Positions 49,481-58,574 of a DNA stretch of 64,000 nt are shown here, piece by piece. A program made the translations under genes and the position numbers. Source of the DNA: Myxococcota bacterium (GTDB taxonomy: Bacteria > Myxococcota_A > UBA796 > SXON01); NCBI GenBank assembly GCA_040386535.1, contig JAZKFH010000017.1, positions 137,213 through 201,212 of the forward strand, written 5' to 3'. How positions within the stretch are numbered: the first letter of the stretch is position 1; each line of letters starts with the position of its first letter. The notes under the pieces are model-generated. The model was not told the origin of the DNA. It made no database searches and saw nothing but the letters and a program-made list of their open reading frames with translations.

Positions 49481-50175
49481 TTACCCGGATGCGCGCACGC
49501 CCACCTCGTCCAGGTGAAGCAGCAGGTCGGCCGGGTCCTGGTACACCCGGTAGGCCCCGGCGCGCTCCAGCTCCTCGGCGCCGTAGCCGCCGGAGAGCAT
49601 CCCCACGCCGAGCGCCCGCGCGCGCCGCGCCGCGAGCAGATCCCACACGCTGTCCCCCACCACCACGGACGTGTCGATTTGCACGCCGAGGCCCTCGGCC
49701 GCGGCGATGAACAAATCCGGATCCGGCTTCGCGTACCGGACCTGGTCCCGCGTGATGACGACGGTGTCCTTGCCCACCCCGAGCCCCGCGAGCACCGGCC
49801 CCGCGCTCTCCATCGTGCCGCTCGTGGCGATGGCCCACGGCACGCCCACCTGCGAGAGATAAACCAGCAGCTCCCGCGCGCCGGGCAGGGGGCGCACCTG
49901 GTGCACCAGGCTCGCGTACGCCTCGGCGTGGCCGCGCTTCATGCGCTCGATCTGCTCGACGGTGACGGTGTTCCCGGTTTCTCGTAGCAACGCGTTCACG
50001 AGCAGCCCGCCGCTCATCCCGATGCGTCGGTGCACCCGCCACACGGCCAGCTCCACGCCCGCCTGTTCCAACGCGAGGCGCCACGCCAGCGCGTGCTGGT
50101 ACACGCTGTCGACCAGCGTCCCGTCGAGATCGAAGAGGAAGGCGGGGAGCGGATCGTGTTCGTATCAGGTGTCAT
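49481..50175 (-). pseudogene. HAD-family hydrolase with a 1-bp frameshift near the 5' end (pseudogene or sequence error)
   Basis: FLFDLDGTLVDS, IATS, KPDPD, VGDSVWD motifs; the DxD-motif frame has TGA at 50167-50165 and no start codon before the motif; ATG at 50175 is out of frame. Confidence 0.7.
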
Positions 50176-50211
50176 CCTACCAAGGGTAGGGCGACGGTTC
50201 CGGTCGTCGAA

Positions 50212-50772
50212 TCAAGCCCCCCCATACGCCTCGCGCAGCCAACCAAGCACCTCCGCGTCGACCTGCTCCATCGCCGTGATGCGCACCACGTGGGTGCACA
50301 TGCGGCCCGGCGGCTCCTCCTTGAGGCGGTCGGTGGCGGCGTGGCCGCGGAAGTTGAAGCCGAGGTCGACGCGGGAGTTGGTCGCCGCGGTGACGAGCGC
50401 GAATTGTCTGTTGCGACGCAGGCTCACCGAGGTCTTCTTCGGGCTCACCTCCACGTCGTCGCCCAGCTGCACCGCCTCGGCGAGGATGCGCTCGTAGAGC
50501 GGGCGGAGGGCCGCCTTCGCGCCGGTGTACTGCGCGTCCACGAGCTCCGTCTCTCCCACCGGGGCGTGGGCGCGGCCCGCCATGTGGGTGAGCATCCCCG
50601 CGTTGCCGTGCCCGAGGCCGTGCTCCTCCCGCAGCCACGCCGCGATCTGGCCGGGCTTCTGCCCCGCGGCGAGGCGCTCGCCGATGCGCGTGTACCAGTC
50701 CTCCAGCGACACGCCGGTGGTCTTCGCGATGTTGTCGAGCTGGGTGGCGACGGCGGCGTCGAGGCTGGCCAT
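50212..50772 (-). CDS. DUF4287/DUF5655-type protein
   Basis: NIAKTTG...WL..EHGLGHGNA; SPKKTSVSLRRNRQFA; WLREAY. Confidence 0.8.
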   Translation of the reverse strand: MASLDAAVATQLDNIAKTTGVSLEDWYTRIGERLAAGQKPGQIAAWLREEHGLGHGNAGMLTHMAGRAHAPVGETELVDAQYTGAKAALRPLYERILAEAVQLGDDVEVSPKKTSVSLRRNRQFALVTAATNSRVDLGFNFRGHAATDRLKEEPPGRMCTHVVRITAMEQVDAEVLGWLREAYGGA

Positions 50773-50980
50773 TGGGGCTCCGGGGGCACGGGTGAGGGGA
50801 ACGCGTACCGCGGGCTCGGTGGGTCGGTCAAGCGCGAGAAGCGGCGCGCCGGTGCCGATGTCGTCGTCAGGCGCGCGACGTTGCCAACTGTACGTTATGC
50901 CATGGGGATGATGTTGACTCGGCAATCCAAGGCATCCGGATGATACCCGCCGCCTATACAGCCAGTTGTCGGCTGTTCAA

Positions 50981-51358
50981 ATGAGCCGGGCCATCCTCGT
51001 CGTCGACGACAATCCGGTGAACGCGCGGCTGGTGTCCTACGTGTTGTCCGCCGAGGGGTTCGAGGTCCGCTGCGCGGGAGATGCGCTCATCGCCCGCGAG
51101 CTCCTCGCGGCCCGCGCGCCCGACCTCATCTTGATGGATCTCCAGCTCCCCGGCATGGGCGGCCTCGACTTCACCCGCGAGCTCAAGGCGGATCCGCGCA
51201 CGCGGCACATCCCGGTGGTGGCCCTCACCGCCCGCGCCATGGCGGGGGACGAGGAAGAGGCGTTGACCGCGGGGTGTGACGGTTACCTCACCAAGCCGAT
51301 CGACACGCGCACGCTGGCCGCGAAGGTGTCCGCCTTCCTCACCGGCGCCGCCCCCTGA
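50981..51358 (+). CDS. Single-domain response regulator (DivK/CheY-like)
   Basis: VVDDNPVN, LMDLQLPGMGG, ALTA, YLTKP. Confidence 0.92.
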   Translation: MSRAILVVDDNPVNARLVSYVLSAEGFEVRCAGDALIARELLAARAPDLILMDLQLPGMGGLDFTRELKADPRTRHIPVVALTARAMAGDEEEALTAGCDGYLTKPIDTRTLAAKVSAFLTGAAP

Positions 51359-51372
51359 GCGCGGTCCTCGTC

Positions 51373-51804
51373 GTGCGCGTGCGGGCGTGGCGGGTCGCGC
51401 TCCCGGTCGCGGACGTCGTGGAGCAGATGCGCCCGTTGCCCGTAGAGCAGGTGCGCGGCACGCCCGCGTACGTGCTCGGGATGAGCCGGGTGCGCGGCGC
51501 CCCCATGCCGGTGATGGACCTCGGCCGGTTCCTCGCGGGCACGCCGGGGCCGGTGCCTGAGAGCCTGACGGCGCGCTGGGTGACCGTCCGGGCGGGCGAA
51601 CGTCGCATCGCGCTCGCGGTCGACGCGGTGGAGGGTGTGCGCACCGTCGACGCGGAGCACCTCGGTACGCTGGCGCCGCTGCTCCGCGACGCGGACACCG
51701 CCGCGGTCGCGGCCCTCGGCGTCCTCGACGCCTCGCTGCTCGTGCTGTTGCACGCCGCGCGGCTGCTGGACGCGGGCGCCGTGCCTGCCCTGGACGGCGA
51801 GTGA
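51373..51804 (+). CDS. cheW: CheW-like protein (WspB-like); may start at in-frame CTG 51355
   Basis: LGMSRVRGAPMPVMDL, IALAVDAVEGV. Confidence 0.85.
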   Translation: MRVRAWRVALPVADVVEQMRPLPVEQVRGTPAYVLGMSRVRGAPMPVMDLGRFLAGTPGPVPESLTARWVTVRAGERRIALAVDAVEGVRTVDAEHLGTLAPLLRDADTAAVAALGVLDASLLVLLHAARLLDAGAVPALDGE

Positions 51805-53303
51805 CACCACTGCCGGCGCAGGTCGACCGCTTCCGCGCCGTGGTCGAGCGGCGGCTGGGGCTCGTGTTCGGGCCGGACCGCAACGACGAGATGGGAGTGA
51901 TCCTGGGGGAGCGCGCCCGGCTCGCCGGGGCCCAGGACTGCGCGCGCTACCTCGCCCTCGTCGACGCGGGCGACCACGAGGAGCTCCGGCGGCTGGCCGA
52001 GCGGCTCACGGTCGGGGAGACCTACTTCTTCCGCAACAACGAACAGTTCCGCGCTCTCCTGGACCCCGTGCTCCCCGACCGGCTCCGCGTGCTCGGGCGC
52101 CCCGTGCGCATCCTCTCGGCCGGCTGCGCGTCCGGGGAGGAGCCCTACAGCATCGCGATCCTGGCCCGGCGGGCGGGCCTCGCGCACGCGGTGGCCATCG
52201 AGGCGTTCGACGTGAACCCCGCCGCGATCGCCCGTGCCCGCGCGATGCGGTACTCCGCGTGGTCGCTGCGCGAGACCACGGCCGAGCTGCGGGAGCACGC
52301 CTTCCGCGCCGAGGGCACCCAGTTCCGCCTCGACGACGATCTGCGCGGCGCCGTCACGTTCTCCGAGCGCAACCTCCTCGACACGAACCCGAAGCTCTGG
52401 CCCCGCGGCGCCTGGGACATCGTGTTCTGTCGCAACGTGCTGATGTACTTTCCCGCCGCCGTGATGCGCGCCGTCCTCGACCGCATCGCCGGCTCGCTCG
52501 CCCCCGGGGGCTACCTGTTCCTCGGGCACGCCGAGAGCCTCCGCGGCGTGTCCGACATGTTCCACCTGCGCCAGGCGCACGGCACGTTCTACTACCAGCG
52601 CCGCGACGAGCCCGCGGCCCGCGGCACCCCGGCGTCGGTCCCTTCCCCGCCGCCCGCGCCGGCGGACGACACCTGGGTCGAGGCAATCCGCCTCGCCTCC
52701 GCGCGCATCACGCAGCTGGTGGAGGGCGCCCCTGCCGAACGTGCGCCCCCCGTGCCTCCAGAGCGCCCGCCGATCGAGCGAGCCGGCCCCGACGTCGACG
52801 GCGTCCACGAGCTCATGCGCCAGGAGCGGTACCACGACGCCCTGGCCCGCATCGTCGTGATGCGAAACGACGCGGGCGGCCTCCGCGACCCCGGCGCTGC
52901 CCACCTCTGCCTGCTCCACGCCGTGCTCCTCACCCACGCCGGCGATCTGCCGGCCGCCGAGGCGCTCTGCCACGAGCTCCTCGCGCTCGACCATCGCGAC
53001 GCTGGCGTGCACTACCTCCTCGCCTTGTGCCGCGAGCACGCGGGTGACCTGGTCGGCGCGATCGAGAACGACCGCGCGTCCGCCTGGGGAGACCCCGTGT
53101 TCGCCATGCCCCACCTGCACCTCGGCATGCTCGCCCGCCGCGCCGGCGATCCCGACGAGGCCTGCCGCGAGCTCCAGATCGCGCTCGTGTTGCTCGCCCG
53201 GGAGGACGCCCGCCGGATCCTCCTCTTCGGCGGTGGCTTCGGCCGGGAGGCGCTGGAGCGCCTGTGCCGGGCCGAGCTGCGCGCATGCGGAGGGGCGCGA
53301 TGA
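51801..53303 (+). CDS. cheR: CheR methyltransferase with C-terminal TPR (WspC-like)
   Basis: VGETYFFRN, SAGCASGEEPYS, IVFCRNVLMYF, TPR-like helices. Confidence 0.95.
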   Translation: MTPLPAQVDRFRAVVERRLGLVFGPDRNDEMGVILGERARLAGAQDCARYLALVDAGDHEELRRLAERLTVGETYFFRNNEQFRALLDPVLPDRLRVLGRPVRILSAGCASGEEPYSIAILARRAGLAHAVAIEAFDVNPAAIARARAMRYSAWSLRETTAELREHAFRAEGTQFRLDDDLRGAVTFSERNLLDTNPKLWPRGAWDIVFCRNVLMYFPAAVMRAVLDRIAGSLAPGGYLFLGHAESLRGVSDMFHLRQAHGTFYYQRRDEPAARGTPASVPSPPPAPADDTWVEAIRLASARITQLVEGAPAERAPPVPPERPPIERAGPDVDGVHELMRQERYHDALARIVVMRNDAGGLRDPGAAHLCLLHAVLLTHAGDLPAAEALCHELLALDHRDAGVHYLLALCREHAGDLVGAIENDRASAWGDPVFAMPHLHLGMLARRAGDPDEACRELQIALVLLAREDARRILLFGGGFGREALERLCRAELRACGGAR

Positions 53304-53869
53304 GCGAGCCCTCCCCCTTCAACGCGACCGCCCTCGACGCGACCTCCCTCGACGCCGGCGCCCTGCGCGCCGCCTTCGACCAGGCGTTCGCGTCCGCCGC
53401 CGCCACGAGCGACGCGGAGGGAGACACCTTCCTGCTCCTCCGCGTCGCGGGCGATCCGTACGCGTTGCGCGTGCTCGATCTCGCGGAGATCACGCGGTAT
53501 CCGCGCGTCGTCCCCCTGCCGAGCGCCGATCCCGCGTTCATCGGCCTCACCAGCCTCCGCGGCGCGATGGTGCCGGTGTTCGCGCTCGGCGTGATGCTCG
53601 GCTACCCGCCAGCGGCCGCGCCCGGCGCCTGGCTCGCCCGCTGCGCCCACTCCCAGGGGATGATCGCGTTCGCGTTCGACGCGACCGACGGGTTCACGCG
53701 CGGGGTGGCGACCGCGGCGGGCGGGGCGCTTCGGGAGGGGGGCGGCGGCGACGGCGGCGCGCGCCGTGACGTGGTGGTGGTGGGCGGGGCCGTGCGCCCG
53801 CTCGTCCGGGTGGCGGACCTGTTCGCGGACATCGATCGGCGCGTGTCGGCGCGCAGAAAAGGGAGTTGA
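53300..53869 (+). CDS. cheW: CheW-like protein (WspD-like)
   Basis: [34 protein letters not shown]. Confidence 0.85.
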   Translation: MSEPSPFNATALDATSLDAGALRAAFDQAFASAAATSDAEGDTFLLLRVAGDPYALRVLDLAEITRYPRVVPLPSADPAFIGLTSLRGAMVPVFALGVMLGYPPAAAPGAWLARCAHSQGMIAFAFDATDGFTRGVATAAGGALREGGGGDGGARRDVVVVGGAVRPLVRVADLFADIDRRVSARRKGS

Positions 53870-53871
53870 GG

Positions 53872-55341
53872 ATGGAGCGTTCCTGGTCCTTCGGACAAAA
53901 GCTGGCCGCCGGCTTCGCGCTGAACGTCCTGTTCACCGGGGTGGTGGGGCTGGTCGCCCTCGTGACGCTCGACGACGTGTCCGCCACGCGGGAGGTGGTC
54001 GACACGACCGCGCACGGGCTCGTGCTCGCCGCCGACCTCAACGCGGCGATGGAGCAGAAGAGCGCGGCCGGGCGGGGCTTCCTGCTCACCACCAACCCCG
54101 ACTACCTGGACCAGGCGGGCTCGGCGCGGGCGGAGTTCCAGGCCATCACCGCCCGGCTCCTCGACACCGCCCGGAGCGCGGAGGAGCACGCCGTCGTCAT
54201 CGGCATCCAGGAGGCCGAGGCCGCGCACCAGGCCGGGGTGGAAACGCTCTTCGCGCGGCGGCGCGGTGACGTTCCCCTCACGGAGATCGCGGACTCCTTC
54301 GAGCGCGACATCCGGCCGCTTCGCGTCGAGCTCGCGAAGCGGGTCGAGGTTTTCACCGCCCTGGAGGAAGCCCAGCTCGCCGCGGCCAACGAGGTGGCCG
54401 ACGAGCAGGTTGTCCAACGGCGAACGCTGCTCGTGGGCATCATCGTGAGCGCTGCCGTGCTCGCGGCGCTCTCCGCCGCGGTCCTGACCCGCGCGCTGAC
54501 CCGCCAGATCGGCAACGCGGTCCAGCAGGTGCGCAGCTCGGCGGCGGAGCTCCAGACCGCGGCGAACCAGCAGGCGACCGGCACGCGGGAGCAGGCGACC
54601 GCGATGACCGAGATCACCACGACCATCAACGAGCTGCTCGCGACCTCGCGCCAGATCGCCGAGAGCGCCCAACGGGTGGCGCACGTGGCCGGAGAGACCG
54701 CGAGCGCCGCGCGGACGGGCGACGAGACGGTCGGGCGGGCCAAGGTCTCCATCGAGAGCACCAAGCGCCAGGTCGACACCATCGTGACCCACATGCTCGA
54801 TCTCGGCCGCAAGTCGCAGCAGATCGGCGGCATCCTCGACATCGTGAGCGAGCTGTCCGACCAGACCAACATCCTCGCCATCAATGCCACCATCGAGGCG
54901 GCGGGCGCGGGAGAGGCCGGCCGGCGCTTCGGCGTCGTGGCCGACGAGATCCGCAAGCTCGCCGACCGTGTGGGCGCCTCGACGAAGGAGATCCGCGGCC
55001 TGATCGGCGAGGTGCGCGCCGCCGTCAACACGACGGTCATGGCGACCGAGAGCGGCTCCAAGGCGGCGGATGCCGGGGCCCGGCAGTTCGAGGAGGTGAC
55101 CACCTCGCTCGTCCGGATCGGCGGCCTCGTCGGGACCACCACCGAGGCGGCGCGGGAGATCGTGCTCTCCACCAAGCAGCAGGCGACCGCCGTGGAGCAG
55201 GTCAACATCGCGATCGTGAGCGTCACCCAGGCCAGCCGGGAGAGCGAGGCGAGCTCCGGCCAGACCCTCCAGACCGCCACCGAGCTCGCCCGGCTCTCGC
55301 GCGAGCTCACGCAGATCGTGCGGCAGAACGCGAACGGCTAG
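53872..55341 (+). CDS. Methyl-accepting chemotaxis protein with CHASE3-like periplasmic domain
   Basis: Two TMs, RGFLLT..PDYL, hairpin tip [34 protein letters not shown]. Confidence 0.95.
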   Translation: MERSWSFGQKLAAGFALNVLFTGVVGLVALVTLDDVSATREVVDTTAHGLVLAADLNAAMEQKSAAGRGFLLTTNPDYLDQAGSARAEFQAITARLLDTARSAEEHAVVIGIQEAEAAHQAGVETLFARRRGDVPLTEIADSFERDIRPLRVELAKRVEVFTALEEAQLAAANEVADEQVVQRRTLLVGIIVSAAVLAALSAAVLTRALTRQIGNAVQQVRSSAAELQTAANQQATGTREQATAMTEITTTINELLATSRQIAESAQRVAHVAGETASAARTGDETVGRAKVSIESTKRQVDTIVTHMLDLGRKSQQIGGILDIVSELSDQTNILAINATIEAAGAGEAGRRFGVVADEIRKLADRVGASTKEIRGLIGEVRAAVNTTVMATESGSKAADAGARQFEEVTTSLVRIGGLVGTTTEAAREIVLSTKQQATAVEQVNIAIVSVTQASRESEASSGQTLQTATELARLSRELTQIVRQNANG

Positions 55342-55344
55342 ACG

Positions 55345-57513
55345 ATGGCAAAGGACCTCTACCGCTACTTCCGCATCGAGTCGCGCGAGCTCCTCGAGGG
55401 GCTCTCGGCGGGCGTGCTCGCGGTCGAGGCGGGCGCGGGCGCGGACGTCGTGGTCCGCCTGCTCCGGCTGACACACACGCTCAAGGGCGCCGCGCGCGCC
55501 GTCCGCCAGCCCGACATCGCCGAGGATGCCCACGCCATCGAGGAGATCCTCCTCCCCTGGCGCGCCGGGGGCGTGGTGCCGGCGGACCAGATCCCGGCGC
55601 TCCTCGCGAAGGTGGACCGCATCGCGCTGGCGATCGCGGCGCTGGACGATGCGAGCGTCGCGACACCGGGAGGGCCGGGTGTCGCGGGCCCGGGTGTCGC
55701 GGGGCCGCGTGTCGCGGCCGTGTCGGACTCGGCGAAGCCAGCCGTGGCGCCCACGGCGCCGCTGGAGGAGCGCTTCGACACCATCCGTATCGACATCGCC
55801 GAGGCCGAGGAGGTGCTCGTGGGGGTGCTCGAGTCGGCGTCGCAGCTCTCCGCGGTGCGGCGGGATCTGCAGGCGCTCGACCCCGCCCGTCGGCTCGCGA
55901 CCGCGCTCCGTGCGCGCCTCGCGCAGCGCCACGCCCGCGCGGCGCCCCACGGCACGTCGCCCGACACTGCGTCCCGCGACACTGCGTCCCCCGACACCAC
56001 GTCCCCCGACACCGCGGCCCTCGCCGTCGCAACCGAGCTGGTGGAGCGCCTCGACGACCTCCATCGGCGCCTCGAACAGGGCCTGGACCGCACCGAGCGC
56101 GAGCTCATCGAGACCCGCGACCGCGCCACCCGCCTGCGCCTCGTCGACGCGTCCGCGATCTTCTCCACCATCACACGCACCGCGCGCGACGCCTCGACGG
56201 CCCTCGGCCGGCCCGCCACCCTGCACACCGCGGGCGGCGGCGTGCACCTCGACGCGCACGTGCTCGTCGGCGTGCGCCAGGCGATGATCCACCTCGTCAA
56301 CAACGCGATCGCCCACGGGATCGAGCCCGCCCGCGTCCGGTCGCTCGCCGGCAAGCTGCCCGAGGGCCGCGTCGAGGTCACCGTCGAGCAGCGCGGCACG
56401 CACGCGTTGTTCCGATGCGCGGACGACGGCGGCGGCGTGCAGGTGAACGACGTGCGGGACGCCGCCGTGCGCCGCGGCCTGCTCGACGCCGAGGCCGCGC
56501 GGGCCTTCACCTTCGACGACGCGGTCCAGCTCCTCCTCCGCGGCGGCATCAGCACCACGCCCACGGCGGACGCGGTGTCCGGGCGCGGCGTGGGCCTCGA
56601 TGTCGTGCGGGACATCGCCGCGCGGTTCGAGGGGCGCGTGCACATCCGCAGCGAGGCGGGGCGCGGCACGGTGGTCGAGCTGCTCGTCCCGATGACGTTG
56701 TGGTCGCTCGGCGTGCTCGAGGTCCACACCGGCAACATCGTGGTGCTGCTGCCCATCGAGGGCATCCGGGCCGTGGCGCCGGTCGCGGACGGCGACATCG
56801 CGTGGTCCCCGGGCGGCAGCTCCGTCCGCGTCGAGGGAGAGGTGTACCCGCTCGTGTCCCTCGCCTCCCTGTTCGGCCTCTCCCCGGGCCCCGTGCGTCG
56901 GCAGGGCCGCCACACCGTGGTGCTCCTCCAGGCCGGCACGACGCGCTGCGCGCTGGAGGTGGATCGCCTGCTCGGCACGCGCCGGGTGGTGATGCGTCCG
57001 CTGCCGGTGCTCGCGCCGGTGGACGACATCGTCGCCGGCGCGGCCCTCGACGCCGAGGGCACGCCCAACCCGGTGCTCGACATCGCGGCGGTGGTCCGCC
57101 TCGCCCACACCGGGCCCGGCCTCTCCCGCGGCGCCACGCCCGCGCGGCCGGGGCCGATGCTGGTGATCGACGACTCGCTCACCACGCGCATGCTCGAGCA
57201 GAGCATCCTCGAGTCGGCCGGCTACGAGGTCGATCTCGCCGTGTCGGCCGAGGCCGGGCTGCTTCGTGCGCGAGCGCGCCGTTACAGCGTGTTCATCGTG
57301 GATGTGGAGATGCCCGGGATGGACGGCTTCGCCTTTGTCGCGGAGACCCGCGCGGACGCCGACCTCCGCGACATCCCCGCCATCCTCGTCACCTCGCGCG
57401 GATCCCCCGAGGATCGCCGCCGCGGGCTGGCGGCGGGCGCGCACGCCTACGTGGTGAAGAGCGAGTTCGACCAGGAGCAGCTCCTGGCCATCCTCCGCGG
57501 GCTCGTCGGTTGA
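55345..57513 (+). CDS. cheA: CheA-like hybrid kinase (WspE-like), cluster 2
   Basis: THTLKGAA, NNAIAHGIE, DDGGG, SGRGVGLDVV, CheW domain, C-terminal REC. Confidence 0.93.
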   Translation: MAKDLYRYFRIESRELLEGLSAGVLAVEAGAGADVVVRLLRLTHTLKGAARAVRQPDIAEDAHAIEEILLPWRAGGVVPADQIPALLAKVDRIALAIAALDDASVATPGGPGVAGPGVAGPRVAAVSDSAKPAVAPTAPLEERFDTIRIDIAEAEEVLVGVLESASQLSAVRRDLQALDPARRLATALRARLAQRHARAAPHGTSPDTASRDTASPDTTSPDTAALAVATELVERLDDLHRRLEQGLDRTERELIETRDRATRLRLVDASAIFSTITRTARDASTALGRPATLHTAGGGVHLDAHVLVGVRQAMIHLVNNAIAHGIEPARVRSLAGKLPEGRVEVTVEQRGTHALFRCADDGGGVQVNDVRDAAVRRGLLDAEAARAFTFDDAVQLLLRGGISTTPTADAVSGRGVGLDVVRDIAARFEGRVHIRSEAGRGTVVELLVPMTLWSLGVLEVHTGNIVVLLPIEGIRAVAPVADGDIAWSPGGSSVRVEGEVYPLVSLASLFGLSPGPVRRQGRHTVVLLQAGTTRCALEVDRLLGTRRVVMRPLPVLAPVDDIVAGAALDAEGTPNPVLDIAAVVRLAHTGPGLSRGATPARPGPMLVIDDSLTTRMLEQSILESAGYEVDLAVSAEAGLLRARARRYSVFIVDVEMPGMDGFAFVAETRADADLRDIPAILVTSRGSPEDRRRGLAAGAHAYVVKSEFDQEQLLAILRGLVG

Positions 57514-58574
57514 TCGGCGCGCGCGTCCGGGTGCTCGTCGTCGAGGACTCCGCCACCGTGCGCGAGCGGCTCTGCGCGGCCCTCGCGTCGCACCCCGGGT
57601 TCGAGCTCGTCGGCGAGGCCGCGGACGGTCCCACCGCCATCGCCCTGTGCCGCGCCCTGCGGCCGGACGTCGTCACGCTCGATCTCGTCCTCCCGGGCAT
57701 GAGCGGCCTCGCCGTGACCGAGTTCGTGATGGCGTGGTGCCCCACGCCCATCCTCGTCGTCTCGGCGGCCACCAACCGCGGCGAGGTGGTCCAGACGATG
57801 GACGCGCTCCAGGCCGGCGCGGTCGACGTGTTGGAGAAGCCCACCGGCGAGGAGCCCGAAGGCGCCTGGGAAGCCACGTTCCTGAGCGCCGTCCGCATGG
57901 TGGCGCGCATCAAGGTCATCACCCACCCGCGCGCGCGCCTCGGCCTGCGGACCACGCGCGAGCCGGCGCCGTCCGAGCCGGCCCCCTCCGATCCCGCACG
58001 CCGCGTCGTCGCCATCGGGGCCTCCACGGGCGGCCCCGCCGCGGTGTTGCACGTCCTGCGCGACCTCGGCGCCGGGTTTCCCCTCCCCATCCTCGTGGTC
58101 ATCCACATCGGGGCGGTCTTCGCGCCCGGCCTCGTCGCCTGGCTGGACACCAACGCGCCCATGCCGGTCCTGTTCGCGGTGGATGGCACGCCGCTGGAGC
58201 AGCTCCGCGGGCACGCCGTGCTCGCGCCCGCCGATGTCCACCTCACGGTCGAGCGCGGCCGGGTGCGGCTCTCGGATGCCCCCGAGCGCCACTCCTGCCG
58301 CCCGTCGGTCGACGTGTTGTTCGCGTCACTCGCGGTCGACGACGGGCCCGGCACGGTGGCCGCCCTGCTCACGGGGATGGGGCGCGACGGCGCGGAGGGG
58401 CTCCTGGCGGTGCGACAGGGCGGCGGCGCCACGATCGCGCAGGACGAGGCGACATCGGTGGTGTTCGGGATGCCCCGCGAGGCGATCCTGCGGTCGGCGG
58501 CGGAGCACGTCCTCCCCCTCGATCGCATCGGGGGCGTGGTGAGCGGGCTCGTGGCCCGAAGGAGGGTGCGATGA
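57510..58574 (+). CDS. cheB: CheB methylesterase/response regulator (WspF-like)
   Basis: TTG overlapping the cheA stop; REC; GASTGGP, VIH, RPSVDVLF, LTGMGRDG. Confidence 0.95.
   Translation: MIGARVRVLVVEDSATVRERLCAALASHPGFELVGEAADGPTAIALCRALRPDVVTLDLVLPGMSGLAVTEFVMAWCPTPILVVSAATNRGEVVQTMDALQAGAVDVLEKPTGEEPEGAWEATFLSAVRMVARIKVITHPRARLGLRTTREPAPSEPAPSDPARRVVAIGASTGGPAAVLHVLRDLGAGFPLPILVVIHIGAVFAPGLVAWLDTNAPMPVLFAVDGTPLEQLRGHAVLAPADVHLTVERGRVRLSDAPERHSCRPSVDVLFASLAVDDGPGTVAALLTGMGRDGAEGLLAVRQGGGATIAQDEATSVVFGMPREAILRSAAEHVLPLDRIGGVVSGLVARRRVR

Noticed and set aside
55670..56015. 15-bp tandem repeats inside cheA (GPGVA and T(A/S)(S)PD units)
   Set aside because: Ordinary in-frame expansions of flexible linkers.
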